A stretch of DNA of 64,000 nucleotides from an uncultured virus (IMG/VR IMGVR_UViG_3300045125_000080) (IMGVR_UViG_3300045125_000080), one strand, 5' to 3'; positions 12,460 through 26,200 are shown, numbered from the stretch's first letter. Made by a program: numbers and translations. Notes: generated by a model from the letters alone, not told the origin.

Positions 12460-12734
12460 TTTTCTGTTATTTTTTGGGTGTTTGGGAAGATATGCTATCA
12501 AGACTCGCCAGAAGCCTGAATATCTTTCTGCAAACTATCAATGCTTTGCACGATGTAAACTACTTGTCGGTGCGGAAGGTCGCTTTGAGAGACAATTTGT
12601 TTTACCCCATTTAAGCTTTTGCCAATGATAGATTCATTTTTTTCTTCAGGCATACGTACCACAATAAACTTCTCCGCTACAAAGGATAGTAAGGCTACTG
12701 CTACAACTGCTAAGATTAATAGATTTTTTTTCAT
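12460..12734 (-). CDS. small secreted/membrane protein
   Basis: Signal-like N-terminus MKKNLLILAVVAVALLSF. TATATTTG box upstream (~12767). Confidence 0.5.
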
Positions 12735-12796
12735 AAATAAGTTTTTCGTTTTTTTTGTTTGTGTTACAAATATAATTAATTTTTTTAAAATGTAAG

Positions 12797-12823
12797 GGGA
12801 AGTCTTGACTGCCAAGACTTCCC
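12797..12823. repeat. perfect inverted repeat GGGAAGTCTTG-actgc-CAAGACTTCCC (paired genome-wide motif; possible terminator)
   Basis: 11-bp arms read directly. Intergenic, just after a - strand stop codon. Confidence 0.7.
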
Positions 12824-12830
12824 AAGACAC

Positions 12831-13176
12831 TTATAAATTAGAACTCGGAGCTGACCACGGCAAGGGAGGCGTAATTACGGGAGGCGTAACTTGATTTTGT
12901 AGCTGAGTGGCTATATTGGCATCTATTGAAGCCACATCAAGTCCTTCGTTCAGCCAACCCTCTACTTGAGCTTGTGTCAAATCTGGGTAAGCTGTGAAGT
13001 CTGTAGGGGAAGGAGAAGGGCAGTTGTAGGTGCTATACACCTCTGCCGTGTAAGTCTTTCCGTCTACTACTTCGGTACCTCTGGCGCCAATGTACTACTG
13101 AAACCACGTTAACTAACGTCCCCTCCTGCGGGATAACATCTAAGGATTCTATAATCCAATTGTAGATAATTGCCAT
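12831..13176 (-). CDS. small tail-fibre-associated protein
   Basis: MAIIYNWII...FTAYPDLTQAQVEGWL, the type of small protein often found downstream of fibre genes. Confidence 0.55.
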
Positions 13177-13249
13177 TTTGTTTTGATTTTTATTGTTAAT
13201 TATTGATTTTCATTGTGTTAGGGGAAGTCCTGCCACAACTTCCCCGACA

Positions 13250-16200
13250 TACTACTTTTTCTTTTGATCTATTAGGGTTTTCATCATTGCTTTTAGCTCT
13301 GCTATTTCAGCTTCCAATTCTTTGATTTTTTGTGTGTTAGGGAAGTCTTAACACTTGGTTCCCTCAAATTTAGCTTGGTATGCACTACTTGGCCCTGATG
13401 CTGATTCAGGAGCTGGCTCTGGAAGGTAGCCTGTCATCAAGTAGTACACCGTTCCGTCAATTTCAACAGGTATGGCATAGCCCAATAGATCCACCGATTG
13501 CGGTTCCGTAAGTCCCCAACTTCCAAGCCCCGGCACTTCCCCAGAAGGTGCTGCGGTTTTATTGAGCCTGTTCTTACTTCAAAATTTCCATCATATGCTT
13601 GAGTTAATTTATCATCACGAACAACAAAAATAGATGCTCCATACTTGCATCAGCTGTTGAAAACTATATGTAGCACTTGTAGTACCAGTTGCCCTAACTG
13701 TCAAATTACCAGATGCACCACTTGCAGTACCTATTTTAATCCACCAGTAAACCATCCATTCCCATTCACTTGTAACCCATAATCTCCAGCATCGGAAGTT
13801 GTGTTTATTAGTAACTCTCCACCTGATGTGATACGCATACGTTCGGTAGGTGATGATGCAACAGAAGCAGTCCAAAATCTTAATGAACCACTATTTGAAG
13901 CACCATCAGCATAAACGTCAATACGTGCTGTATTATAGTTTCTACACCTAAATAGTTAACCCAATTAATATGACCAACAACATTGTTAGCATTTACATTT
14001 GCCCCTAAATCTATTCCTGTTAATCCATCATTTGATACAGTTGCAATAGAACCTAAAGAAAGGATTTGTTGTTCCGGCTCCGGTCTTGTTCCAACATGAA
14101 GTAATGAAAAAGGACTCGTAGTACCTATACCTACGTTGCCAGAGCCATTAATATACATTGCATCGTTAAGCACACCTGATGATGCGGATTGCGTTTGGAA
14201 TACTAATGCTGATTGATTCCCAGTAGTATTAATACTTCCTATTCTTGAACCACCATCTGCATATTGAGTTCCTATTTGTATATATGTTCTACTTGATGAA
14301 CTTCCATAATTTGCAGCAGCAAAATTAGCAATTGTTTGAGTTGCAGTTGTACCAGAATTAACGTGTAATAATGATGTCGGGGACTGCTACGTACCTATAC
14401 CTACGTTACCACCTGATGTGATACGCATTCTTTCGGTAATCGTGCCTGTTGCAATTAGTCAAAATGACATAGAATCCGTCAATTGCATTTGAAGAAACAT
14501 CTTGGCTTCTTATTCTATCCCATATAATTATCAGCATACCCCAACAACTCTAAATCTAAATATTTTAGAAGCATCACTACCTGCTGATTGATTAGTAGTT
14601 ATACTAAATGATGAACCATTTGTAGTACCTACCCTTCCATGTTCCAGCTACTTGTAGCTTATAATCTGTCCAGCATCGGAAGTTGTACCTATTAGTAACG
14701 TCTCCACCTGATGTGATACGCATACGTTCGGACATTCCCGAAACACTAAAACTAGTTGATTTAGCAGAATTCCGTCAAAGAAGCTGCCGCTACACTACTT
14801 GCAGTAATGTAGCAGCACCTGTAGAGGATATACTGAATCTTGTTACTGCATTTGTAGCCATCATACTATTGAGCCAACCTGCCATTAGAAACTCCATTTA
14901 ATCCACTTACTAAATCAAATAGTCATCCCACCTGTAGCACACTATGGTTCATTCTGATACGACATTGCCTTGGTCATTACTTGTTGTATATGAATACGGC
15001 CAAGAACCTGCACCTGTATTACCAAAATGATCCGTAATTGGCATTTAATTGCCCACTAAATCTACCTGTACCATTTACATCAAGTTTGTAGCCTGCAGTC
15101 ACTTGGGCCGGGGCCAATGAAAACATTACCGCTATTATATAGATACATTGTTGTAGCAGCATTACCACCACCTATACCCAAACAGTTGATGTTCCTAAAG
15201 ATGTTCAAATGCATTACATTGTGTATCTGTAACACACTTGACCTGATACATTGACCCACTATTTTCAAAATATAACACTACTATAACCTGAGTTTGAGTT
15301 TAATAATAGTTGATTATCTGAGCCTAATATTTCTAATTTATATGCTGGGGAAGAAGTGCCTATACCTAATCCAGTAGAGGTAAGACGCATTTGCTCACTT
15401 CAGGAGACTAAAATCCTATTGGAGTATAACTATCCGCACCTCCTAAATAGTAGATTCTAAAACACTTAAACTACCAGTATTGTAAAGAGATATTGAATTT
15501 CTTGCAGTTGGTAGAAGATGCAAACATAAACTCCATCATAAGTAGAGATTGTTTAACCTCTAATTTTCCACCTCCATAAGGTGACTATAGTTCCAATTCC
15601 TACGGATGTTCCATCATCATAAATAACACTATTTCCTATTGCACTTGAACTTGTAAACTTAGGTAGGTAGTTGGTAGTACCTGATACCTGTTACATATCC
15701 ACCACCACTAATCAAAGCTGCTACAGAATCAATACCTTTCTGTCTCCACGCACGGGTACTGAGATTAGTAAAGTATCTATAGCGAGTGTTCCGCTTGTGG
15801 TAATTGTACCCCTGTAATCCCTGTACTTGTATTAGTAGCTACTGAGGTAACTGATCCGCTACCCTTGTTATTGAAGGTATTCCAATCGGTGCTACTTAGA
15901 TATCCATTAGAAGATGATCCTGATTGAGATATTGATATTGTCGGGGAAGTTCCGCCACTTGAACTGATAGGAGATGTTCCCCCAACACTACTAACCTTTG
16001 TATTAGCAAGGGCGGCCACAGAGTCAATCCCCTTTTGACGCCAAGCCCTTGTGGATATAAGGGCTGTATCTATTGCTAAAGTTCCTGCCCCCGTAATAGT
16101 ACCCCCGTGATACCCGTAGCGGTATTGGTTGCAACACTCGTTACCGTTCCACCTGATGATGGAGAAGTATTGGTAATGGTAAAGTTAGGATAGGTTCCTG

Positions 16201-19200
16201 AAACAGATATTCCCGTTCCTGCACTTAAAGCTACTGTTTGATCGGGAGCCGTATTGGTAATGGTTCCTGTTGATGAACTATAACTTATCCCTGTTCCTGC
16301 ATTAAGGAAGTTTTTACGAGCGTAAGGGAAAGCATAGTAGCGGTATCAGAAATGTTCACTTTGAGGGCTAATCCAGCGTTTACCACGTTTGTACGAGCGT
16401 AAGGACTTAACATTGAAGCTGTATCGGAAATGTTAACCTTGGTAGCTAATCCTGATGTTAAGTTGCTCTGAACAGAATCGATACCCTTTTGTCTCCATAA
16501 TCTTGTCGAAATAAGGAGGGTGTCAATAGCAAGAGTACCCGTTGTTGTGATGGTGCCTCCCAGTGATACCCGTTCCGGTATTAGTAGCTACACTTGTTAC
16601 TGTTCCGGTATAAGCGTCTGTATATTGAGGGATATTTAATACACCCGTTGAGTTATTATAGGTTGCTGCACCACTACTTCCCGTAGTTGTCAAGCTAATA
16701 GCCGTTCTTGGATAATAGGTTTTGTAAGGCGAAAGCATAGCAGTCGTATCTACCTTCCTTAAATAAGGAGTTAACATACTCGCTGTGTCGCTAATATTGA
16801 CTTTTAAAGCCAATCCCGCATTGACAACATTGGTACGAGCATAAGGACTTAGCATTGAAGCTGTATCGCTAATATTAAGCTTGGTAGCCAACCCTGCGGT
16901 TAGGTTAGCCTGAACACTATCAATTCCCTTCTGACGCCAAGCCCTTGTGCTAATAAGTAAAGTGTCTATTGCAAGGGTTCCTGTGGTTGTAATTGTTCCT
17001 CCCGTGATACCTGTGCCGTTATTAGTAGCCACACTCTTAACAGTTCCCCCGCATCCGCACCTCTAATTGCAGCAGCCGTATCTGCTAAAACTGTTCTTGT
17101 AACATATCCTAAAAGGTTAGTACTTGTTAAAGAGTCTTTACGTCTTAGGTAATAATTAGAAAGGGTGGCCGAGTCTGCTCTTGCGACCTGTCCTGATCTT
17201 GCAAGACCATAACCTACATTATTGATGTAATTTCCGAGCATTGTGGCCGTATCGGAAATGTTTAATTTTTGGTTAATTCGGTTGCTGAGGGAAGCTGTGT
17301 CAACCTTTCTCAAATAAGGGTTTAACATACTTGCCGTGTCGCTGATATTCAACTTAGTAGCAAGCCCTGCGGTTAGGTTAGCCTGAACGCTGTCAATTCC
17401 CTTTTGCCTCCAAGCTCTTGTTGAAATAAGGGCTGTATCAATGGCAAGAGTACCCGTTGATGTAATAGTACCGCCTGTAATACCTGTTCCTGTACTTGTA
17501 GCCACACTTGTTACTGTACCTACATTATAGGTTCTATTAGATGATAAGTCCTGAGATGTGCCATTAATAGTTATTGTGCGTGTTTGGGGAACATATGTTG
17601 CTGAAGCTACATTTGATCTAAGATAAGGGCTTAACATTGAAGCCGTGTCTGAGATATTAACCTTTCCATTAATATTAGCCTGTAAAGAATCTACACCCTT
17701 TTGCCTCCAAGCACGGGTTGAGATTAGTAAAGTATCAATAGCGAGAGTACCACTTGTGGTGATAGTACCGCCAGTAATTCCCGTAGCAGTATTAGTAGCT
17801 ACTGAGGTGACCGTACCCGTATAAGCATCTGTATAAACAGGTACATTTAACACCCCTGTTGAGTTATATAAGTTGCTGCACCACTACTTCCCGTAGTTGT
17901 CAAGCTAATAGCTGTTCTTGGATAATAGGTTTTGTAAGGCGAAAGCATAGCAGTCGTATCTATTTTTCGTAAATACGGGTAAGCATCGAAGCGGTGTCGC
18001 TGATATTGACTTTCAAGGCTAATCCTGCGTTCACCACATTGGTTCTTGCATAAGGAGATAACATTGAAGCCGTATCCGAGATATTTAACTTGGTATTTAT
18101 GTTTGCTTGAAGGAATCCAACACCCTTTTGACGCCAAGCTCTTGTGGAAATAAGTAAGGTGTCTATCGCTAAAGTCCCTGTGGTCGTAATCGTTCCTCCT
18201 GTGATACCTGTTGCTGTATTAGTTGCCACAGAAGTAACAGTTCCCCCAGCATCAATAAGAGTATCTGCAACAGATAATGTTCCATTAGAATTTATTCTTA
18301 AAGCCTTTGTTCCGGGTGCAGTGGGAAGTCCTGACATCCGAACCCCACGTTGAAAATAAGCCCCATTTGCTACTTGTAAAGCAGAATCAGGAGAGGAAGT
18401 TCCAATACCAACACTACCCCTTAAATAAGCATTAGCATTAGAATTAGAATATATCGAATACTTGTTTATACCTACATCAATAGAAGAATCAAGGTAAATT
18501 CCATAAGAATTATTTATAGTTCCTGAGTTTCTCCAGTAATGCGTTCCGCCTGTAGTGGATATAAGGCCTTTACCCACAGAAATCCCGTACACAGCACCGA
18601 TAGTAGAAGCTGCATTATTATTGTAAACACTTACTACTTGCCCAAAGGCTGTATCTATAGCACCCCCGTTATTATTCCAAACTTCGATTGTTTGCCCGTG
18701 TAGCTTATTAACTGTTCCTTGCTTGTTTTCAACGCCAGAAACAGAGCCGTAGGCATTAGTAATTGTTCCGGTTGTATTATTAGATACGATGTTATAACTT
18801 CCCAAGCAATAGGGCATTGTTCCAGATCCATTGTGATAAGTCCAAGCTTGAATAGATCGTAAACTTCCTGATGAATTTTTTGCATTTGCGCTGTCCGTAC
18901 TTGCAGAAAAACATTCCACCCATAGCTCTATTTGCAATAGAATCCCTGACTAAAGTAAGCCCTATGACACCTATAGTACGTGGATCAGCGGCGGCAGTTG
19001 TTGTAATAGCCTTTCTTCCCATTACATAAGGGTAATAGCTTACAGATTGAAAATCATAAGTTCCGGGGATAGTATCTCCTGCTACAAAAAACCCATTATT
19101 AACATACGTATTCCCATTTATTTGTAGCTTGGATGTTGGGGAAGTAGTACCAATGCCAATTCGCCCCGAGTTTTGATAAATCTGTGACGTATCAATCGTT

Positions 19201-21460
19201 CCTGATGCTGTCCATTTAGGAATATAGTTAGCAATACCACTTCCCCCACCTTATTATTAAAGGTAGACCAGTCTGTACTTGATAGTTTTCCTGTATTTGT
19301 AGCAGAAGCTACAGGTAGGTTAAAGGTATGTGTGTCTGTGAGGGAAGATATATTAAAGTCAGTACCACTTGTTCCCGTAGTTAAATACTGAACCTGTGCT
19401 GTTAAGCTATTTAAGGCCGTGATGCCTGTAGTAAAGGTGGTAATAACTTGGCAAAGATGACTATTCTCGGTATGTAAGGTAATAGTTCTGCCCGAGTGGG
19501 TGACATAGATTCTTATTGCAAGTCGGTCTGTGAGTGTCAGGGAAGTCGCGGGTACGGCAAGAGCGGTAGTATAAATATCAATAGCCGTACCGCCTGTAAT
19601 TACTTCAGGAGATGCACTACTTGAAGCAATTAAGGTAAAAGCTGTCCCATTATATTTATAAAGTTCCACATAAAAGCTGGGACTTCCCCGCCCGATGAAG
19701 CACTAAAATACATTTCAAAGTTCCAATTACCCGCAGGGATATTTAGAAGAGCCGGATTGCCGGCATTGGTAATAAACTGAGTGATGTACCCATCTGCGGC
19801 AATACTAAAATCTGTTCCCGCTCCAATGACAGGCGTATTTGCCATTTGATAATAGGTATTACCAACAAAAGTTCCTTGATTAACAGAGCCGTTCAAGTAG
19901 TAAGAAACGGAAGAGCCACCGCCTCCACCCCCGCCGGGGAAGTTAGCAAGGGTTCCATCTCCTCTGATGTACTGAGAGGCAAGACCTGCTCCCGTTACCG
20001 CAAGGGTTCCTGAGCTTGTGACAGGACTTCCCGCAGACAGCAAAAGCAGCAGGCATAGTAAGTCCTACAGAGGTTACTGTTCCTACGTTCCATGCTTCTA
20101 TTAGCAGAAAGGTCATAAGACGTGCCATTTATTGATAGTGTTCGGGAATTTCTAACATAGCCTGAAAGCATACTTGCCGTATCGGAGATGTTAAGCTTTT
20201 GGTTGATATTAGCCTGACAGGAATCCACGCCCTTCTGTCTCCACGCCCTCGTAGAAATCAAAGTAGTATCTATAGCAAGAGTTCCCGTAGACGTAATTGT
20301 ACCGCCCGTGATACCTGGTCCCGTTGTTGGTGGCTACACTTTTTACGGTTCCCCCTGCATCAGCGGAGCGGATTGCGGCTGCGGTATCTGCAAGGACTGT
20401 TTTTGTTACATAGCCGAGGGAATTCGTGGCGGTGAGTGAGTCTTTGCGTCTGAGGTAGTAGTTTGAGAGGAAGAGGAGTCAACGTAGAGTGACTGCGAGG
20501 ACTTCCCCAGACCATACCCAGCACTATTCACATAAGGAGATAGCATCGAAGCCTGTATCAGAGATATTTAATTTCCCTGCAAGTCCTCCTGCTACACTTG
20601 CCTTTGTAGCAATAACATTAGTGGTATCTATAGCAAGCGTTCCTGTAGTTGTAATGGTTCCGCCCGTGATTCCAGAGCCGTTATTAGTAGCGACAGATGT
20701 CACCGTTCCTCCCGCATCTGCTCCACGGATGGCTGCGGCCGTATCAGCAAGGATTGTTTTTGTTACGTACCCAAGTGGGTTAGTTGAGGTAAGAGAGTCT
20801 TTACGTCTTAAATAGTAATTAGATAAAGATGCAGAGTCAACACGAATGACTTGTGAGGTCTTTAATAATCCATACCCTACGTTATTTACGTAAGGAGCAA
20901 GCATATTTGCTGTGTCAAGTATATTAAGTTTTAAAGCGAGACTACTATCGGTATAGTTTTTGTCTACTAAGAGAGTATAGTTTAAATGTACTGCCAAGAT
21001 TTCCCGCATACGATAATCTCCTTGTAAGAGAAGCAGTATCTCCCTTTAAAGAAAATGTTTGATTGCCAACAGTTAAATTAAATGAAGAAAGCCCTGTGAA
21101 TGTCAGGGAATTGCCGCCACCCGATAAAGTACGATTTCCCAAGAGCGTACCATCAATAGTATAGATATTATTACCCGAACCTGTAGCCACAGGAAGCCAC
21201 GCTGTTGCAGTAGCATTTCTAAGCCAAAGGTTAAGACCTCCTGTTGTAGTTGCTATCTGCGCGCCGGGATAGGCTTTAATACGCTGAAGATTAGCCGAAG
21301 CTGTATCTGTAAAAGTTACGTTGATTAAACGACTTTGTAACGCACCTTTGCTAATGACAATGGTGCTGTCCGATCCGATATTTTGAGTAAATGGGTAACC
21401 CTGTGAAAATGAAGCATTTACACAGATTAAGGCTAAGACTAAGGCAAATATTTTCTTCAT
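13250..21460 (-). CDS. giant repeat-rich tail fibre / adhesin-like protein with N-terminal signal peptide (many frameshifts; may be more than one gene)
   Basis: Starts MKKIFALVLALICVNASFSQ. Repeats: GTVTSVATxTxTGITGGTITxxGTLAIDT, STRAWRQKGxDS, KLNISDTASML. C-terminal part has NVGIGTTSP/RMRITSGG repeats and a terminal coiled coil. Confidence 0.7.
15725..20270 (-). repeat. about 8 copies of the ISTRAWRQKG[IV]DS module with flanking Thr/Gly repeats
   Basis: Copies near 15740, 16030, 16490, 16930, 17400, 17700, 18130 and 20235. Near-identical ~90-bp DNA duplicates at ~16662 and ~17872. Confidence 0.85.
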
Positions 21461-22208
21461 TGTTCTTTATATTTAAAAATGTACTTTCTTCTTCTATCTA
21501 ATCTTTTAAAAGACCTCTTGCTGAATGATTTATCACATTTCTTGCTATTCCTGTAATTTTTGAAGCTTGTCTAACCCCTTCAAATTCGGCTACTAAATTC
21601 CCTCTAAATCAAATTGTAAAATAGCCTTCTTTTCTTTTTTTGCAAATAATCTATCTTTTTGTTCCTGAGTCCATCTGGTTCCTAAATTATACTGCTTGCC
21701 GATTTTTGATAAACCTATTCTGTCTTTTTCTTTCTTCAGATAATTTCTTTCCTTTATTGGGATGCGGAAGCCCATTTTTATATAATTCCTTTCTTGCTTC
21801 AGAAAGCTTTTTTTAGTCTCCTCAGATAAAGGTCTTCCTCTTAAAGCATATTTTGGCCCATTTTTACCAATAGGCCCAGTCTCTCCACCATCCGTACAAT
21901 TTAACCCCTTATCGTATCTGTAAATACTTGTAGACCATTTTTTATTATGGGCCATATAGGATCTAATCCAAAACATTTCTTTGCTATCACAATAATTAAA
22001 ATTTCCGTCAAATTCATCAATAACTTCAAACTTGTGATTTTCTATTCCATATTTTTTATGGAAGAATATATAAGAGTTTGGTCTTCTTTAACTCTTGAAT
22101 AAGATTGTTTTCTTTTTTGAAATTAGTGGTTTTGCCGATGTAGATTCTATCTGCCGGACTTGTTATCTTATAGATATACCAATGTCTTACATTTTGATTT
22201 TCAATCAT
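21457..22208 (-). mobile_element. GIY-YIG homing endonuclease with NUMOD-like tail (frameshifted)
   Basis: YKITSPADRIYIGKT...YGIENHKFEVI...EMFWI...GLNCTDGG, then LSEETKK and ILQFDLEG. Confidence 0.75.
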
Positions 22209-22729
22209 ATAGGATATATCTGGAATATTTCTCCGGCAATCGCCGCAGGATGTATAGTTAACAGTCCTAAGTTCTTATTCCAAGAAAAGTAACTATCTCC
22301 GTTTAGATTGAGTGTACTTTGTGGTATACCATTTCTTACAAATAATACATTGAATCCTATGAAGGCTGGAATAGTTGCATTTGTTGCGCCTGTGGGAACA
22401 AGTGACGTAGCACTTACTTCAAAGATGTAAGGGTTTGGTATTTGAGAAGGATTAACGGGACTAATTGTTCCGCCTGTTCCTGCAATCTGTTGAGCTTGTA
22501 AGTTATACCCTCTGCAAAGAGCATATAAATAATTTGATGTCTCTACTAATGACGAGTCATTTGGATCAAGGTTATACCAGTACTCAATACCAAATATTTC
22601 ATTTGCTAATATCTGTGGCGTATCTGGCACTACTCTTTTGCCCATAAATCTGCCTTTCTCAATATCAAGCGTTGCTATGTACATTGAGATTTTAGCAATA
22701 TCTAAAATATTAGCGGTTGTTAGTGGCAT
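22205..22729 (-). CDS. putative virion structural protein
   Basis: MPLTTANIL..., the C-terminal part of ORF 22205..23083, in the tail block. Confidence 0.55.
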   Translation of the reverse strand: MPLTTANILDIAKISMYIATLDIEKGRFMGKRVVPDTPQILANEIFGIEYWYNLDPNDSSLVETSNYLYALCRGYNLQAQQIAGTGGTISPVNPSQIPNPYIFEVSATSLVPTGATNATIPAFIGFNVLFVRNGIPQSTLNLNGDSYFSWNKNLGLLTIHPAAIAGEIFQIYPI

Positions 22730-22730
22730 T

Positions 22731-23259
22731 TTAAAAAGTAGATTTTGGTTCGTAACCATATATGTTGCAAGGTCGTAACACTCCTGAGCAGAAGTGATAT
22801 CATACCCAAGTGTTATTGCGTTATTTCCTGAATCGATGAGAGTTTTTAACTTGCTCTTGTTCTGAAAGTACGTTGTATCCTGTAGGATAAATGAAGGATT
22901 ACTAATAGCAGCTTGTCCTTGAGTTAAAGAATAATAGAAGGTCAAATTGTATAGTGTGAATCCTGCGAGGAAGTCTTGGTATACAAAGTCACTCCTCCAA
23001 TATCTACCCAATTTACTGTTATTGATAAGGCTGTATCCTGTGTCAAGCAGTCTATCGAGATAGAGCTTTGTGCAAGTGGCCATACGGTATAATCGGTAGT
23101 AGTATTGGTTGACTCTACCAGATATTCCCCCGCATAATTAACCAAATACACTCTTCTTTCTACTATGGCTACATCTGATCCTGTAGAGGTATCTGTAATT
23201 ATTACGTCTGAGGGAAGTCCTGCCTGTTGTGACGTACTAAAATTAGGAACAAGTGGCAT
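22731..23259 (-). CDS. putative virion structural protein (frameshifted)
   Basis: MPLVPNFSTSQ... continues into the 22205..23083 frame. TAACTTTG box at 23284-23291. Confidence 0.55.
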
Positions 23260-23299
23260 CTCTTAATATATTAAATTGTTAATCAAAGTTACTTTATAC

Positions 23300-26200
23300 T
23301 CAAGCGTTTTTTAAAATCCTCGTTTAATCCTTTTCTTTAAGCTTTTTCTCTCCCATGCTTTCGCGGATGACGGGGATCTTGAGGAACTCATTTTGATATT
23401 TTTTGACGAGAATATCTTGCGCTTTTTTCATCATCAATTTCTTGTAGCTGCACTTCCCCTTCCACCTGCGTTTCCCTATCTACTGCTTTCTTTATATTGT
23501 GGGCTTTTACGGAGCGTCTCTAGACCCTTTTCGGATAGCTTATTGTAGGTATCCTGAAAATAATCAATCTGCTCTTTCGTTAATTTAACATCCCTGTCCT
23601 TATACTTCTTTATTTCAGTTTTAACCTCTTTTTGGCCTATCTCCATATACCCGAAGACCAATACCAAAAATAGCCGGGAGTCCTGCGGAAACAATCTTTG
23701 ACGGCCCTTCTTCTTTTAATCGCCTCTGCTATACTTTGCGCGGAAAGGGGCAAAAGATGGCTAAATAATTCTTTCTGTAGTGTCACTTTTCCCCGGCAGC
23801 CATTACGACCTTGGGCCAAGTCAACGGCTATGGCCGGTACGGGAGATAAGTCCTTACCTCTTATAATTGTTGCTATTTAGCATCTACCTCTGTTGTGCCA
23901 AAAAGCCCCTTCCCCGTCTAAGAGATTGTTTAAGCCCTGTCTCGAGCTGATTTTCTCTCTTCTCCGTATCCAATTTGAGCAGCCAAACGAATATAAGGCT
24001 GCATACTCACCCCAAATATCCCATCTTGCATCCCCTCTGTTTTATACGAGCAAAATCTGAACTTGTGGGATCAGTTTCTACGGTTATCTTATCCTCGTCA
24101 TCATCGTCCTTGGGTTTTGGCGTGCAAGAGCGAACAAGGTTAAAAATGGTAGAAACCCAGCCGCAAGGGTGCTGCCCATATCTTTAGCGTACTGCAATCT
24201 TCAACTCCTTTGGGCAGTGTTCCAAAATAAATTGGGTTAAGCATCTGTATTCTTGACGCCATTGGTCTTGGCGAGAATAGCGCAGCATTGAATACTGGCG
24301 CAAACTGCTCAAAGTCAAGGCTTCCTTTATTTTAGGTAAACTACCACTTCCTGTGATGTTGTTTATATACTTTCGCGGTTGCTTTGTATAATTTTGGGCT
24401 ATTCTGTACGTTTTCCTTTGCTGCTCAAACCCGTCCACAAACCTATTAAATAAGTCTACCCTTAATTTATTGAGATACTGAACATAAGCTCTTTCTGAAG
24501 CCTTTCGAATATCGACTCTGCCATAGTCCGGAATCTGCTCAGCATACTCCACCCATAAATAGCCTCTTCTTTGGCCGTTAGAACGGGACTGTGTGGATCT
24601 CACACACGTAGTGCCCAATTCCTTCATCAGGTCATATCTCGGAGCCGTGCTTTTTAAGCTCATAAAACCATTGGTCGAAGGCGTCTTGGGAAGCTGTGGC
24701 TTTAATCATTTGCTGAACAGCTTTTGCCGATAAATCTGGATAAGCTACAGTAGCTATAAGCGCTTGGTTTAGTGGTGCAGAAAAGTCCGTTGAGGCCATT
24801 AAAGAACGAGGCACGTTTGCAATCTCAAGGACTTTGTCAAGCACTTTTGTTCTTTAGTTCTTTTATCGTATTCGTTTTTAATTCTTCGAATTTCCCTTTG
24901 CTTCTTTAATTCGATTAACTTCTTTTGTAGCTTTTTACCTTCTTCGTCAAGTGGTATTTCTCGTCTTTCTGGCTTTTGGTCGTAATTGCCTTCTGCAAGG
25001 TCTTTTTCCAATTTAGATATTTGCTCAACCATTTTCTTTTTTAGCATCCGTAAGTTTCATTGTAGGATGCTCTTTTAATCTTATCTCTTAGTTGCTTTAG
25101 TTCCCTATTGCGCTGTATTTTCTTTTCAGGCGACTTTGGAATTTCCCCAGCTTCTAAGGCTTCTAATTTATTGATAAGTTTAATCTCTGTTCTTAGGTCT
25201 TGAATCTTGGCGGCAATATCTCCTCTTGTTGGTTTTTTCCTATTGTACTCTCCTGCAATTAAATCGGTTACATCTTTCTTGGTAAGGTCATTAATTTCAG
25301 GTTTTAATGTATTGTATACCTCTGTTACTACATCTTCTAATTTTACTACTCCTTGCTCTACTAAACTTTTGACAAGTTTTGCTACGTCTGGGGAAATCGC
25401 GATAAGCTCATTAGCATAAGGAACTACCGTCACCTTGCTTTCCTGACGGGCCTTCCTTAACTTTTCTCGTATGTCCTCAACGATTTGCTTTCTTTCCTCT
25501 GTAAAATCTTCTGCGGTTTTTCTTGTCTTCTTTACTTTTTTTCTTTCGGTTGTCACATTTTCCCCGCACGCTTCTTAGCTAATGCCTCTTGCAACTCTTC
25601 TACCTTTTTTGAAGCGCCTCTGTAGTAGCCTTAATTTCTTCGTATTCTTTTGTGATAACTGCTTTCTGCTCGTCTGTAAGATTATCTACCCCTCGTTTCT
25701 TCTTTTTCAAGCACAAAAAAGTCGTGCAAGCGTTTCTTCTTTTGGTACAAGTAGCTTTCTTACGTTTAAGGCACGGGCTGTTAGCGTACCTATCTTATTA
25801 GTGATATTAGTGAGTCTCTCATATTCCCTCAACACATCTTCACTTCTTGTCTTTTCAAAGCTATCAGCAAGAGTAGCTGCATACTTTGCTAATATAACTT
25901 CTTCTACGGATGTTGGGGAACTCCTCGCTCAAGCTTTTCAAGTAGCTTTTCTATATTGTAACCATTACGAATAGCCTCATTAGCTTCGTCATTTAGCTGA
26001 TTCCAAGATTCTGGCTGCGGCTTATCAAATATCGGCAGTCCCATATCCGAGACGCATCTTTAACGCCTCTTCATTAGATATTCCTGTTAGCGCTTCTTCC
26101 GAACTCGCACCTTCAACTTCTTCGGGAGCTTTTGGAGGTCTTGTTGGGGGAACTCCTCCCTCCACTTCTTCGCTAACTCCGGCTTCTGGCTGTACAGGTA

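Noticed and set aside
13782..14731. DGR template/variable repeat pair in the fibre C-terminus (~65-bp repeats at 13782 and 14667)
   Set aside because: Both copies are coding RMRITSGG repeats, the differences are not clearly adenine-specific, and no reverse transcriptase is seen in the window.
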